This document shows, in pieces, positions 38,272 to 50,999 of a stretch of 64,000 bases of DNA (the first letter of the stretch is position 1; every line of letters starts with the position of its first letter). The DNA is taken from contig OZ024742.1 of NCBI GenBank assembly GCA_964016885.1, positions 198,090,001 through 198,154,000 of the forward strand. Reading direction: 5' to 3'. The notes under the pieces are model-generated. The model was not told the origin of the DNA. It did no database searches and worked only from the letters and a program-made list of their open reading frames with translations. A program made the position numbers and the translations under genes. This DNA is from Eledone cirrhosa. Taxonomy: Eukaryota.

Positions 38272-39598
38272 ATTACACGGCCACATTATAGCGTGGACTG
38301 AGTGTTTTTTCTCGTGACACCTACACGATCTCGATCTCGATCTCATTATCTCATTTATTTGGACTGGATGTTGTGGTACCAATTTTATAGAGAGAGGGTG
38401 GTGTTGGTGGGAGTGGGAGGATAGGGTAGGGTTAGTGGATTGGGGTGTATATTTGGTTAAGAGGTGCCTACTGACTGTAGGTTTCGCTTTGTACATAGGC
38501 AAGGCGGGTCTTCTGTATTACTGCGTAGTGCCAAAGATCTCGGTCCAGTGACATTGTCTTGGAGAGGTGTAAGTGTGTAAGGTCGGAATTTATCAGATCG
38601 TCCCAAGTTTTTCTGGGTCTGCTTACTCCGTAACTACCATCAATTTTGATCGCCCTGCACTTTTTTATACAGCTGTCGTCTTTCATGCGCATCACGTGGC
38701 CATACCAACATAGTCTTCTCTCGAGTAAACAGCATCTGATCCCTCTTATTCCTAATTCCTCACTTAGTTCATTTATGCTTTGCCGTTCACGTATATTACT
38801 ATTACACATCAAACGGAGCATGCATGCTTCATTCCTTTCCAGTCTATGCAGGTCCTCTGCATGTAATGCCCATGTCTCACTGCCATGTAGCATTGCTGTT
38901 CGTATACAGGCATCATACAATCTGCCTTTCATTTTTAGAGAAAAACCTTTTGTGGCCAACTGCGATATAAGCTCTCTGAACTTTTTCCATCCCGTTCTGA
39001 CTCTAGCTACTGTACTTTCAGAGCACCCTCCACCACTGCTGATTTCGTTACCCAGGTAACGGAAAGTGTCTACTATTTCTATAGAACCATCTGGGCAATA
39101 GAAGGGGCTAGTATCCTGTGGACACTTGCTACCTATTGCACCTGAGCATTGGCAACATATAAAGTCTACGTTCTTAGATAGTTTACCTGTGATCCCACTA
39201 CATCTTTTATGTACCCATACTTTGCATTTGGGACATAAAATTGAATTTCTGCCTACTCCTTTCCTACACACTGAGCAAGGCCATTTCCCTGAGGGTACCT
39301 GTGCCTTATTTTCCTTTCTACAAACTAGGACTTTAGTCTTAGACAAGTTAACTTTAAGGCCTTTTGATTCTAGGCCATGCTTCCATGTTTGGAATTTCTT
39401 TTCTAGTTCAGCCATTGATTCAGCTATGAGCGTTAGATCATCTGCGTATAGGAGTTCCCATGGGCAGCCGGTCTTGAACTCCTCTGTTATAGCCTGAAGG
39501 GCAATAATAAATAGGAGGGGGCTAAGGACAGAGCCTTGATGAACACCAACTTTTACACTAAATTCTTCACAATATTCATTGTTAATTCTAACCTTACT
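38272..39598 (-). mobile_element. RTE-A2 fragment truncated at both ends
   Basis: ORF 38468-39415 nearly identical to 27957-28902; lacks the (GAT)n tail. Confidence 0.93.
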
Positions 39599-41370
39599 GA
39601 TGTTTAAATTTAATGAAAGGATCTACACCCAAAATGAAGGAGCAGCCATTGGCATCAGCATTGCTGGTGATGATGCCAATCTATTTATGGTATGGTGGGA
39701 GAGGAGACTCAGAGAACTTCTTGAGGAGAGCTCCATAGACCTCGTCATGTACTCTTGTTACGTAGACGATATTAATATAGTAATAAGAACACCCCCACAA
39801 GAGAGTACTAATAAACATGATTTAGAAAATAGTACAATGGAGAGCATCCAGCAGATAGCTAACGCCATACACCAGAGTATAACTGTAACTATTGACTACC
39901 CCTCCAAACACCCTAATAATAGACTACCAGTATTAGACACGGAACTCTGGATTAACACTATAGATGAGAGGGCCTAAATTCTCCACTTACACTATGCTAA
40001 ACCCATGGCCTCCAAATACCTGATACTCAAAATCTTAGCAATGTCCAATAGTGTGAAGTTTAATATTCTGATCGCAGACTTGGTAAGAGTGATGAAGAAT
40101 GTGTCCCGTATATGTGACCCAACTGAAATGGAAAGACACATCCAACACTTTATCAACTGCATGCAGTTCTCTGGCTACAACCAAAGCAACAAAATCAGAG
40201 TATACAAAGGAGCCACAAAGAAATATAAGACCCTCATAGAAATGGGCATGAATTTGCCCATTATACAGGAGAAAATCATGGAATAGTTTAGATAGGACTA
40301 AACATAAGATAGGGAAAGCCACTTCATGGTACGACAACCAGAGATACCAGAGTGTCATGTTCGTGAATGCTACCTTTGAAGGGAAATTAGCTAACCAATG
40401 TAGAAAGGCCCTAAGAAAGACCCATTTAAAGATTAAAGTGGTAGAAAAGCCAGGAACTACCATAAAATCCCTGATCAGCAAAACATACCACTTTAAGAAA
40501 ACCCACTGTACAAATAAGAAATGTGTTATATGTAAAATGAACCCCCAGATAAACTGTAAACTAGAAATGTAGTCTATAGCATAAGATGTACAGAGGGTAC
40601 TTGCAGAAACATGACATACATAGGCGAGACAGCTCGAAGCATAGGAGAAAGAATAGACCAACATTGGGGGAACTAAAAGGACAAATAAAAAACGGTTCAG
40701 TACTATACAAACACGCCAGACAAAGACATGACGGTAATATAGACAACATAGAAATTAAAATAATATCTAAACATAGAAATGACTCAACAGGTAGGCAAAT
40801 CAGAGAAGCAACTGAGATAGAGCTAAGAAGACCATAGTTAAACAGAAAAAAATGAATGGAATAACAACAACCATACCCAAACAAACAATACTGACTTAAG
40901 GGAAATATAAATAAATATATACACAAGTACAATAACAACAAACACATATAAACACACACTAGTGAACAAAAATAGAATACAAAAACAAAAACACATACAC
41001 TCAAATGCGAACACACATACCAAACATTATACACACACGCAAACGCATGCGCAGAGACGGAGACAGGAAGAAATAAATAAATAAATAAATAAAATAAAAA
41101 TGGTGCAGACATTACAATACAAAAGGAGGGAACATAACAGTACCACTTATGATGTTGCAGATGTGCAATGAAAGAACTTTGATAGACTATATATATATAT
41201 TTATATCTGTATTTTTAACCATTGGTCAATCAATGATAAACATTGATTGCCAAATAAATTAACTATGGAGATATAAAAGATACAGAAGCGAAAACCATCC
41301 AAACAGTGAGTGTGTTCTGTTATTATTTCTGGCAATATTATTACAACAATGTGACGCTCTCCAAGTATAT
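39599..41370 (+). mobile_element. Penelope-like retroelement (RT + Cys linker + GIY-YIG), 5'-truncated and decayed, with 3' terminal repeat
   Basis: YTQNEGAAIG, YVDD, LPVLD, HYAKPMAS, SGY; CxxxxCxxC linker; VVYSIRC...YIGETARSIGERIDQH; RQIREATEI. Region 41095-41370 carries a decayed hammerhead and matches 47990-48270. Confidence 0.9.
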
Positions 41371-41384
41371 ATATATATATATAT

Positions 41385-41775
41385 ATACAACAACAACAGC
41401 AACAACAATAACAACGACAGCAACAACAACTGCCATCACCATACTGACACCATCCTCCACCTTCACCACCACCACCACAACCACCATCACGGGCACCATC
41501 CACCACCACCGCCATCACCACCATCACTGACACCATCCACCACCACTACTACCACCACCACCATCACTGGCACCATCCACCACCACCACCATCGCCACCG
41601 TCAGTCACCATCCACCACCATCACCATCACTGACACCATCCACCACCTCCACCACTACCACCACCACCACTGACACCATCCACCACCATCACTGACACCA
41701 TCAACCACCACCATCACTGACACTATCCACCACCATCACCAGCGTAAAGCAAACAATTATTATTATTATTATATA
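41385..41775. repeat. Degenerate (CAC/CAT)n low-complexity tract
   Basis: Direct inspection. Confidence 0.88.
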
Positions 41776-42010
41776 AAAACTGAACTGGACTGGGAAAAGT
41801 CAACAGTTGACATGATTTTGATTTTGTATCAGTACTGCCGGTAATATATGTATATATATGTATGTAAGTGGTGTGTGTGTGTTTGTATGCATGAGTGTTG
41901 GTGTGTGAGTGGCGTGTGTGTTTGTAGTTTATATGCATGAGTGTTGGTGTGTGAGTGTGTGTGTGTGTATGCGTGTGTCAATAAGTGGGGGGGGGGGGTT
42001 TGGGGGGGGT

Positions 42011-45000
42011 TATGACCATGCTGTAAAATGGAGAGGGCCCTTGAGTCTAGTAAGACATCCCCTCTAGTGCTAATGCCATAAATAAAAGCATCCTGTCCAT
42101 GCTGTAAAGTGGTGCTGGTGTTAGGAAGGGCATTCAACCAGTGTATCAATGCCAAAACGATTATCAGCACAGCAACAAATAGGAACAACAACAAAATATG
42201 AAGACGTCGCATCTCAGAGTTGCAACACTTATTGTTGGCACTCTCAGAGGTAGATCTGCTGAAATAGCGGAGATGCTGGAGAGAAGGCATGTGGATGTGT
42301 GCTGCATGCAAGAGGTGAGATGGAGAGGTGCCTCTGCGAGACTAGTCGTAGGCAAACATCTTAGCTATAAGCTTATCTGGGTAGGTAAGGATGGTGGGTT
42401 AGGGGGAGTAGGCATTTTCCTGGCTGAGAGATGGATCAATAAGACAATAGAGGTAGTTCGAGTTAGTAATCGAATAATTAACCTTAGATTAGTTGTAGGC
42501 AGGAGACTACTGACAATCATCTCTGCCTATGCTCCCCAAAGCAGGGATAGGCAAAGATGAGAAAGACTACTTTTACGAGCAACTTTTACAAACAGAGGAC
42601 GGAGACATCGTTTTGCTAGCAGGGGACTTCAATGGTCATGTTGGACAGCTCCAGAATGGTTACACTGGGGTACATGGTGGGCACGGTTACGGCTCAAGAA
42701 ATGAAGAAGGAGTGAGACTTCTTGAATTTTGTGATGCAAGTACACTGCCTATTTGCAACACAAACTTCCAGAAACCTGCCAACCACCTAATAACCTACAA
42801 ATCTGGCGAGCACATAAGCCAGATTGACTTCTTACTAGTTAGGCAGCGGGACAGGCTGATAGTGTCTAATACCAAGGCATACCCTGGGGAAAAATGTACC
42901 CCACAGCATAGGTTAGTCGTTAGTGATATCTCAGTAAGCAAGAGATGGAATGAGACATACAGGATGGTGTGGAGAAGAAAGGTCTGGAAGCTAAAAGACC
43001 TTTCACTAAAATACAAATTTAGGAAAGCCCTTCAAGATGTGTATGACGAAAAAGAAGACGATTTAGAGACGTATGACATAGATAATAACTGGAATTTCTT
43101 ACGTGACAACTTACTGCAGGCTACTGATGAAACTTGTGGCTGGAGCAGAGCTCCAACCAGACAGAGAGTGACCTGGTGGTGGAACAGCACAGTAGATAAG
43201 GCCATTAGAGACAAAAGGCTAGCATGGAAGGCTTGGAAAAAGGGTGGGAGTAGGGAAGAATATACATCCGCTAAGAGAGAAGATAGACGTCAGGTGTACT
43301 TAGCACGCAGGGAGGCTGAGAGTGGGAGGTTTGCCAATGTTCTGTGATGGGAAGATCAGAGGCGTGCGGTGTTCCACATTGCAAGGCAGTGTGTCAATGC
43401 AAATCAGGATGTTGTTGGAGATAAATGTGTCCGGAACGATGCCAGTGTACTTAGTGTCACGAATGATCAGAAAAAGGAGGCCTGGAAATGTCATTATGAG
43501 AGACTGATGAATGTGGAGAACGAATGGGAGAGAGAGAAATTACCCTCAGTAGATCCGACAGAGGGACCAACTATTGATATTGACGAATATAGGGTCCAAA
43601 AGGCGATTAAGGAAATGAAAAATGGTAAGGCTGCTGGATCATTGGGAATAGTTGCTGAGATGCTGAAGGCATCAGGGGACGCAGGCACTAAGCTGGTTGC
43701 ACGCATCATCAATCAGGTGTCATATGGTGGTGTCATACCCAAAGACTGGTGCAGCAGTATTCTCATAAATTGCTACAAAGGTAAAGAAGATGCTCTGGAG
43801 AGGAGCAATTATAGGGGTATAAAACTGATGGATCAGGTTATGAAAGTGGCAGAAAGGATATTAGCACAACTAATTAGAGAAAGGGTCAAACTAGATGAGA
43901 TGTAGTTTGGTTTTGTGCCTGGGAAGAGTACAACAGATGCCCTCTTCTTGGTGAGACAAATGCAAGAGAGGTTCTTAGAGAAGAATAAGCCACTATACTT
44001 AGCCTTTGTTGACCTAGAGAAGGCCTTTGATAGGGTACCCCGATCTGTCATCTGGTGGTCCCTAAGGAAACTAGGTGTTGAGGAATGGCTTGTGAGGACA
44101 GTGCAAACTTTGTACAGAGGTACTGTCAGTAAAGTCAGGGTAGGAATGGAGTTTAGTGAGGAATTCCAGATACAAGTAGGAGTACATCAAGGTTCGGTCC
44201 TCAGCCTGCTCTTGTTCATTATAGTCCTCCAAGCCATAACAGAGGAGTTTAAGACTGGCTGTCCATGGGAACTTCTCTATGCTGATGATCTGGTTCTTAT
44301 AGCAGAATCAGTAGAGGAGCTAGAGAATAAATTCTGGCTATGGAAACAGCAGTTGGAAGCAAGAGGATAGAGAGTGAACCTAGCTAAGACAAAAATGTTG
44401 ATGAGTAGAAAAGAGGACAAAACTCTGATTCTGTCAGGGAAATGGCCATGTTCGATATGCAGAAAAGGAACTGGCATAAATTCTATAAAATGCACACAAT
44501 GCAGATCCTGGGTACACAAGAGATGTAGCGGGATAGCAGGCAAACTAACAGGTAGGGAGAAATACGTATGCAGTAGATGTACAGGGAAATTAGACAGAAG
44601 TCGCACTGATAGACACATTTTTCAAATGCAGGCGGGTACTATAGAAGTGGTGGATAGCTTCTGGTACCTAGGAGATCAGATTAGCATGGGAGTGGGGTGT
44701 TCCGGGGCCATAGTATCTAGAATAAGGACGGGTTGGAAGAAGTTTAGGGAGCTGCTTCCTCTGCTGACGAAGAAGGGTTTCTCCCTGCATACGAAAGGCC
44801 GGTTATATGATGCCTGTGTGAGGAGCGCGATATTGCACGGTAGTGAGACATGGGCAGCAACTGCAGAGGATATGCGACGGCTGGAGAGAAATGAGGCAAG
44901 CATGCTCCGTTGGATGTGCAGTGTAAATGTGCGTGAACACCCAGCATGAATATGTTGAGAGAGAAACTGTGTCTGAGAGGGATAGAATGTAGTGTACGGG

Positions 45001-45252
45001 AGAGGAGACTGAGGGGGTATGGATATGTGATGCGCATGGAGGATGACCGATGGGTGAAGAAGTGCCAGGAAATGCCAGTTGAAGGAAGACGTGGTAGAGG
45101 TAGACCACGAAAAACATGGGCAGAGGTGGTGAGAACAGACCTCAGATCACTGAAGCTCACGGTGGAGATGACGAAGGACCGTGACAAGTGGAGAGATGCT
45201 GTGCTGAATAAGACCCGTCCCACCCTTGCAAGCAGGGAAGAGCGGACGTAAA

Positions 45253-45285
<33 letters not shown>
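42011..45285 (+). mobile_element. Essentially full-length RTE LINE, subfamily B, inactivated
   Basis: 5' UTR, EN start LRVATL.VGT, MQEVRW, GDFNGHVG, IDFLLV, QHRLVV; RT; PHD-like finger; ORF runs into the tail (TRPTLASREERT*) then (GAT)n. Stops at 43347, 43905, 44370 plus frameshifts. Confidence 0.95.
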
Positions 45286-45287
<2 letters not shown>

Positions 45288-45306
45288 AAATATATATATC
45301 CCTTAC

Positions 45307-45472
45307 CTGCCAGCATGATGTGGTCTTGTTGGTGGGTTATGACCCATCCCTACAACATAACTTCTACCACCATTTCCCAGGATATAGTGGATCTGCCGAA
45401 GGGCCCAGTACCGATAGACTGTAGAATTTAAACCAGATTCTGCTGCTAACAGAGCAATAAATGCCATGTTAC
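45307..45472 (-). CDS. GH9 exon G
   Basis: ttacag|GT...AG|gtaag; [14 protein letters not shown]...[29 protein letters not shown]. Confidence 0.95.
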
Positions 45473-45522
45473 CTGTAATAAAATTTGGAAGATGAAAAAA
45501 AAAAATCCCCAAAACAAATAGC

Positions 45523-45915
45523 TTTACAGAGTGTGCTGGGTACATTTTATCTTGGCACTAGCATTTTTACTTTACAGAGTGTACTGGGTACATTTTATCT
45601 TGGCACTAGCATTTTTACTTTACAGAGTGTACTGGGTACATTTTATCTTGGCACTAGCATTTTTACTTTACAGAGTGTACTGGGTACATTTTATCTTGGC
45701 ACTAGCATTTTTACTTTACAGAGTGTACTGGGTACATTTTATCTTGGCACTAGCATTTTTACTTTACATAGTGTACTGGGTACATTTTATCTTGGCATTA
45801 GCATTTTTACTTTACATAGTGTACTGGGTACATTTTATCTTGGCACTAGCATTTTTACTTTACATAGTGTACTGGGTACATTTTATCTTGGCACTAGCAT
45901 TTTTACTTTACAGAG
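45523..45915 (-). repeat. 48-bp minisatellite (~8 units) next to the GH9 exon G acceptor
   Basis: TTTACAGAGTGTACTGGGTACATTTTATCTTGGCACTAGCATTTTTAC units on +. Confidence 0.95.
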
Positions 45916-46548
45916 AGGTTATCATGTCCTCCACAAGACTAAATCATCCTCTGTAATCTATATTGTCCCCATTCAATTGCCAGCTACTTCACAGAGTGTA
46001 CTACCACTTTACAAAATTCTAATATTTTTTTTAAAGGTGAAAAAGTTTTATTTTCTTATTTGTTATACAAAAACATATTATGTCGACTATATTTTACTGA
46101 CAGAGGTTATATAATGATATAAATCATCATCCTCATCATCTAACGTCCATTTTCCATGCTTTTATGTGTGTGTATATGTGCTGTGTTTATGTGTGCGTGT
46201 GTGTGTGTTTATGTGAGTATGTGTGTTGTGCTGTGTTTATGTGTGTGTGTACATGTGCTGTGTTTATGTGTGTGTGCTATGTTTATGTATGTGTATGTGT
46301 TATGCTTATATGTGTGTGTGTGTTGAGTTCATATGTGTATGTGTATTTCTGTGTGTATGTTGTGCTGTGTTTATGCGTCTGTACATGTGCTGTGTTTATG
46401 TGTGTATATGTGTGCTGTGTTTATGTGTTGTGTGTTTTCATCATCATCATCATCATCATCATCGTTTAACGTCCATCTTCCACGCTTGCATGGGTTTGGA
46501 CGGGAGTTTTCCCACTTGAGGCAAGATTTGTTGTTCTCTGCTCGTATT

Positions 46549-46579
<31 letters not shown>

Positions 46580-46759
46580 ATTAGGTTCATATGTGTGTAT
46601 TGTACTTGTTTATGTGTGTGAATATAATCAAATAGAGTAACTTGCTTGACTTATTCCAATAACCAGTCATAAGTCAATATAGACAGAACTCAAGGACATA
46701 TGACCAAGGAATATGGGAGGAGAGGAGTTATATAGTTAAATCTGTGCTTAGTAATTAAT

Positions 46760-46946
46760 TGTTTCTACTTTAGGCACAAGGCCAGCAATTATCCCAGTGC
46801 ATTACTGGTACTTTATTTTATCGACCCCGTAAGGATGAAAGGCAAAGTCAACCTCGGCGGGATTTGAACTCAAATCGTAAAGGGACGTAACTATGCTAGA
46901 AAGCATGGCGTCCGACCCTCTACCGATACTGCCAATCCACCGATAC
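46760..46946 (-). mobile_element. Young SINE copy with 15-bp TSD
   Basis: TSD TGCTTAGTAATTAAT at 46745-46759 and 46947-46961; an older + copy follows at ~46985-47185. Confidence 0.9.
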
Positions 46947-47360
46947 TGCTTAGTAATTAATACCATTATATTTGATCTTTTTTGTCAGAATTGTTAGAAC
47001 ATTAGATAAAATATCATTGTGGTATTAGTTCTGGTTCTTTACAGTCTGAGTTCAAATCTCAATGAGGTCACTTTGCCTTTCATCCTTTTGGGGTCAATAA
47101 AATAAAGTACCAGTTAAATACTAGGGTTGATATAATCAACTTTTTCGTCCCCACATATTGTTGGTCTTATACCTAAATTAGAATGCTTTTATACCTAGAA
47201 ATAATTAGAAATTATTATATGTATTTATCCAGGCATGGATTTAAGTGCTGAAGCATAACAGAAGCCAAGCCAAGAGAAAATGTATGTACACTTGTGAAAA
47301 TACAAATAGTTTAAACTGAGAGTGGTCACAAGTTGCATGAATGTTTTCTTGAGGAGTTCC

Positions 47361-47393
<33 letters not shown>

Positions 47394-47394
47394 C

Positions 47395-47611
47395 ACAACA
47401 AAAAAACACACAGTCCACGCTGTAATGTGGCCGTGTAGGCAACACGGTAAAAACCTCCCAGCCCCACACTGTAAATGTGGTTGGTGTTAGGAAGGGCATC
47501 CAGCTGTAGAAAACCCGCCAGACAGTCCTATGCGAGCAAGACAACCACTCTTGCCTCAAGTGGGAAAACTGCCGTCCAAACCCATGCAAGCGTGGAACAT
47601 GGACGTTAAAC

Positions 47612-47647
<36 letters not shown>
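47395..47647 (+). mobile_element. RTE-A 3' UTR fragment
   Basis: Matches 7065-7308 with (GAT)n tail. Confidence 0.9.
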
Positions 47648-47650
47648 ATA

Positions 47651-48277
47651 TATTGTTATACTTGGGGAGGGTCATATTTGTGTAATATTGCCAGAATTAA
47701 TAACAGAACACACTCACTGTTTGGTTGGTTTTCGCTTTTTACTTCTGTGTCTTTTATATCGGTGATCTAATTTATTCGGTCCTCAATGTTGTCATTGATT
47801 GACCAACGGTCAAAAATAATAGAGATACAATATAGACACAAACACATATATATAGTTTATCAAAGTTCTTTCGTTGCACATCTGCAACATCGTCAGTGGT
47901 GCTATTGTTTCCTCCCATTACATTGTATGTCTACGCCATCTTTATTTAGTCTGTTTAAGAAAGAAATATATAAACAGACTAAATAAAGATGGCATAGACA
48001 TACAATGTAACGGGAGGAAACAATAGCACAACTGACGATGTTGCAGATGTGCAACGAAAGAACTTTGATAAACTATATATATGTGTTTGTGTCTATATTG
48101 TATCTGTATTATTTTTGACAGTTGGTCAGTCAATGGCAACATTGAGGACCGAGTAAGTTAGATTACCGATATAAAAGACACAGAAGTGAAAAGTGAAAAC
48201 CAACCAAACAGTGAGTGTGTTCTGTTATTAATTCTGGCAATATTACACAAATATGACCCTCCCCAAGTATAACAATA
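47651..48277. mobile_element. ~627-bp palindrome of two inverted Penelope terminal-repeat segments, each with a hammerhead-like motif (~47852-47905 on -, ~48023-48076 on +)
   Basis: ~307-bp arms and ~12-bp spacer; CTGACGA-T-GTTGCA(gatg)TGCAAC-GAAA-GAAC-TT; homologous to 41095-41370. Confidence 0.85.
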
Positions 48278-48332
48278 TTTGTTTCGACACACGATTTCAT
48301 ATAAAAAACCTCGCAAAACTAATTCATCGCCG

Positions 48333-48422
<90 letters not shown>

Positions 48423-48681
48423 ATATATATTTATATATATATATTAAGTATAACATGGTAAAGTTTCACATCATTGCTTTTATTGATTATGGATCAGCAT
48501 TGAGTGCTAATATTGGTACCAACTCTAGTAACATACAAAATTACTGAAATTATTGAATATACTATGTAAGAGATGGCGACCTGAATAGACCTGTTTTTTC
48601 TTAAAGAAATAGTAATAATAATAATTGTTAAAGAAAGCACACAAGTGGTTCTTCTGTGTTTTCTCTAACATGTCAACTTAC

Positions 48682-48826
48682 CTGCATACCTGAGTACACC
48701 CCATGAGGATCTATAGACCAAACCCTTTGGAGTGTAGGGCAGAGTACCACCAGGTAACCAATCTTGTAAGATAAATGTTAAGTCTCGTCTATATTTTGCC
48801 TTTCCAGTTAAATTGTAGAGCAAAAC
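48682..48826 (-). CDS. GH9 exon F
   Basis: ctgcag|GTT...G|gtaag; VLLYNLTGKAKYRRDLTFILQDWLPGGTLPYTPKGLVYRSSWGVLRYA. Confidence 0.95.
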
Positions 48827-49414
48827 CTGCAGAGAAACAAATATAATTGGTCTTCTTTCCTTAGTTATTTATGTTGCTGTTGTAGTCATAGAATGGACTA
48901 AACCAATCTTAAGACACTTTAAGGAATTGGGATTGTCTCATTCATCAACAAACTTTCACAAAGGTATCTATTATTTGGCTCCACTTTCATCAATGGATGT
49001 ATGGTCCTGTCACTCCTGAGGGAGCTGTAGGGGTGCTGTATTGACATACAACGTTTCTAGGGCATTTTAAAACCTGGCAGAGCTCATCTCCTCTTCAGAG
49101 AAGGATAGAGAGTGAGAGAAAGGAAGTGAGAAAGAGATATAGAGGAAGAATTGACCCCAGTACTAGATTGGCTCTTTTTTATCGACCTTAAATGGATGCA
49201 AAGCAAACTTGACCATCGCGGGATTTGAATTCAGTGAGCAGAGAGAACCAGAAAGAATACCAGAAAGCATTCTATCAAACATTTTAACAATTTTGCCACT
49301 TTGCTGCCTTACATTCATTAAAACTTACATGAAAACAAATGCACACACCACATTACATTATTTTATTAGAATTAATGTTGGAATTATAGTGTTCACTATT
49401 AACTTGCATACAGG

Positions 49415-49830
49415 CAGTGGATTGGCAGTATCGGTAGAGCATCAGACACCATGCTTTCCAGCATAGAGTTATGGCCCTTTATGTTCTGAGTTCAAATCCT
49501 ACTGAGGTTAGCTTTGCCTTTCATCCTTACAGGGTCGATAAAATAAAGAACCAATAATACACTGGGGTCAATTTAATCAACTTTCCCCTCCCCACAAATT
49601 GTTGGCCTTGTGCCTAAATAAGAAACCATTATCTTGTATACAATGGTGGATTGGCAGTATCGGTAGAGGGTCGGACGCCATGCTTTCCAGCATAGTTACG
49701 TCCCTTTACGATCTGAGTTCAAATCCCGCCGAGGTTGACTTTGCCTTTCATCCTTATGGGGTCGATAAAATAAAGTACCAGTAATACACTGGAGTAATTG
49801 CTGGCCTTGTGCCTAAAGTAGAAACAATTA
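49415..49830 (+). mobile_element. Two tandem SINE copies, the second with a TSD
   Basis: TSD ATTATCTTGTATACA at 49628-49642 and 49827-49841. Confidence 0.9.
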
Positions 49831-50330
49831 TCTTGTATACATAGCAATGCTACAGTAACCTTATGTTGAGTAAAATAAATCAACTTCTTATTTATAAACT
49901 ATTCTTCTTGTTTGTTATTTAACATCAAATGTTAAAACACTTGAGATTTACATTACTCTATATTTACTATTGCATTTTCATGGTAAAGGCTTTATCTTAC
50001 ATAATATTGAATCTATGAGATTTTGATATTATTTATTTTGAGAAAAATACCTTAACGTAAGTATGAGCAGCCGGGTATGGCCAGTTTGGACAGAAAGAGG
50101 TGAGAGAATACTGACCAGATATGGCAGGTTTTAATGCTAAAGGGTTAAGCCATCTAATACTGAAGTATAGCCCATCTAATGTACATCTCCTACACATATT
50201 TTATTGGCACACTTTCATGAACCATGTGTTTTTGCTTCTTACAACATGGTGTATTGTGACATTGTGTATCTATTCTAAACTGGATCCCAGAGAATAAAAC
50301 AAAACATTATAAAATGTTAAAACAACTCAC

Positions 50331-50481
50331 CATGGAACCAATTTCTTTTTCATCCCAAGAAAATGACCAGACCCATCCTCCTATATAGTTTTTCTCAGCA
50401 TAATGTAAATACTTGGTCATCCCTGTAGCACGATACAACCAGATGGCAGCCCATGTTAGTTCATCTTGATAACCTGAAGAA
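50331..50481 (-). CDS. GH9 exon E
   Basis: ttgcag|T...ATG|gtgagt; SSGYQDELTWAAIWLYRATG...FSWDEKEIGSM (DEL-W-A and SWD motifs). Confidence 0.95.
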
Positions 50482-50536
50482 CTGCAAGATAACAGTGGAA
50501 ATACTTGCACATGACTGAAGATCCTTCTCTGAAGAT

Positions 50537-50591
<55 letters not shown>

Positions 50592-50820
50592 TACATATAC
50601 ATGTGTGTATATATATATATATATATTCATACATATATATGTGTATGTTTGTATATAGTAATAAGAATATTTATATTTATATATGTTTGATATAACTATA
50701 AATATGTAGGGTAGTACTAAGTACTAAGTACTAAGTACTACCCGGTGACATTAATAACAATTATGTACCCTAAATGTTCTAAATGACTAGGATTTTTGTT
50801 ACATGTTTCGACATTCCTTA

Positions 50821-50867
50821 TGCTCCGATGATTCCAGACTTCCCTCTGGAAGAAACAATTGTCAGCA
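50821..50867 (+). ncRNA. Compact type I hammerhead (U4C core variant)
   Basis: TGCT-CCGATGA-TTCCAGA(cttccc)TCTGGAA-GAAA-CAATTG-TC|AGCA. Confidence 0.75.
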
Positions 50868-50917
50868 AATAAATGTTCTAAACTAAAATTTGATCGTTTT
50901 AACACTTTGTATGTTTG

Positions 50918-50952
<35 letters not shown>

Positions 50953-50999
50953 TCATACATTGAAATCACATGAATACATTATAAACAAAGAATACATAC

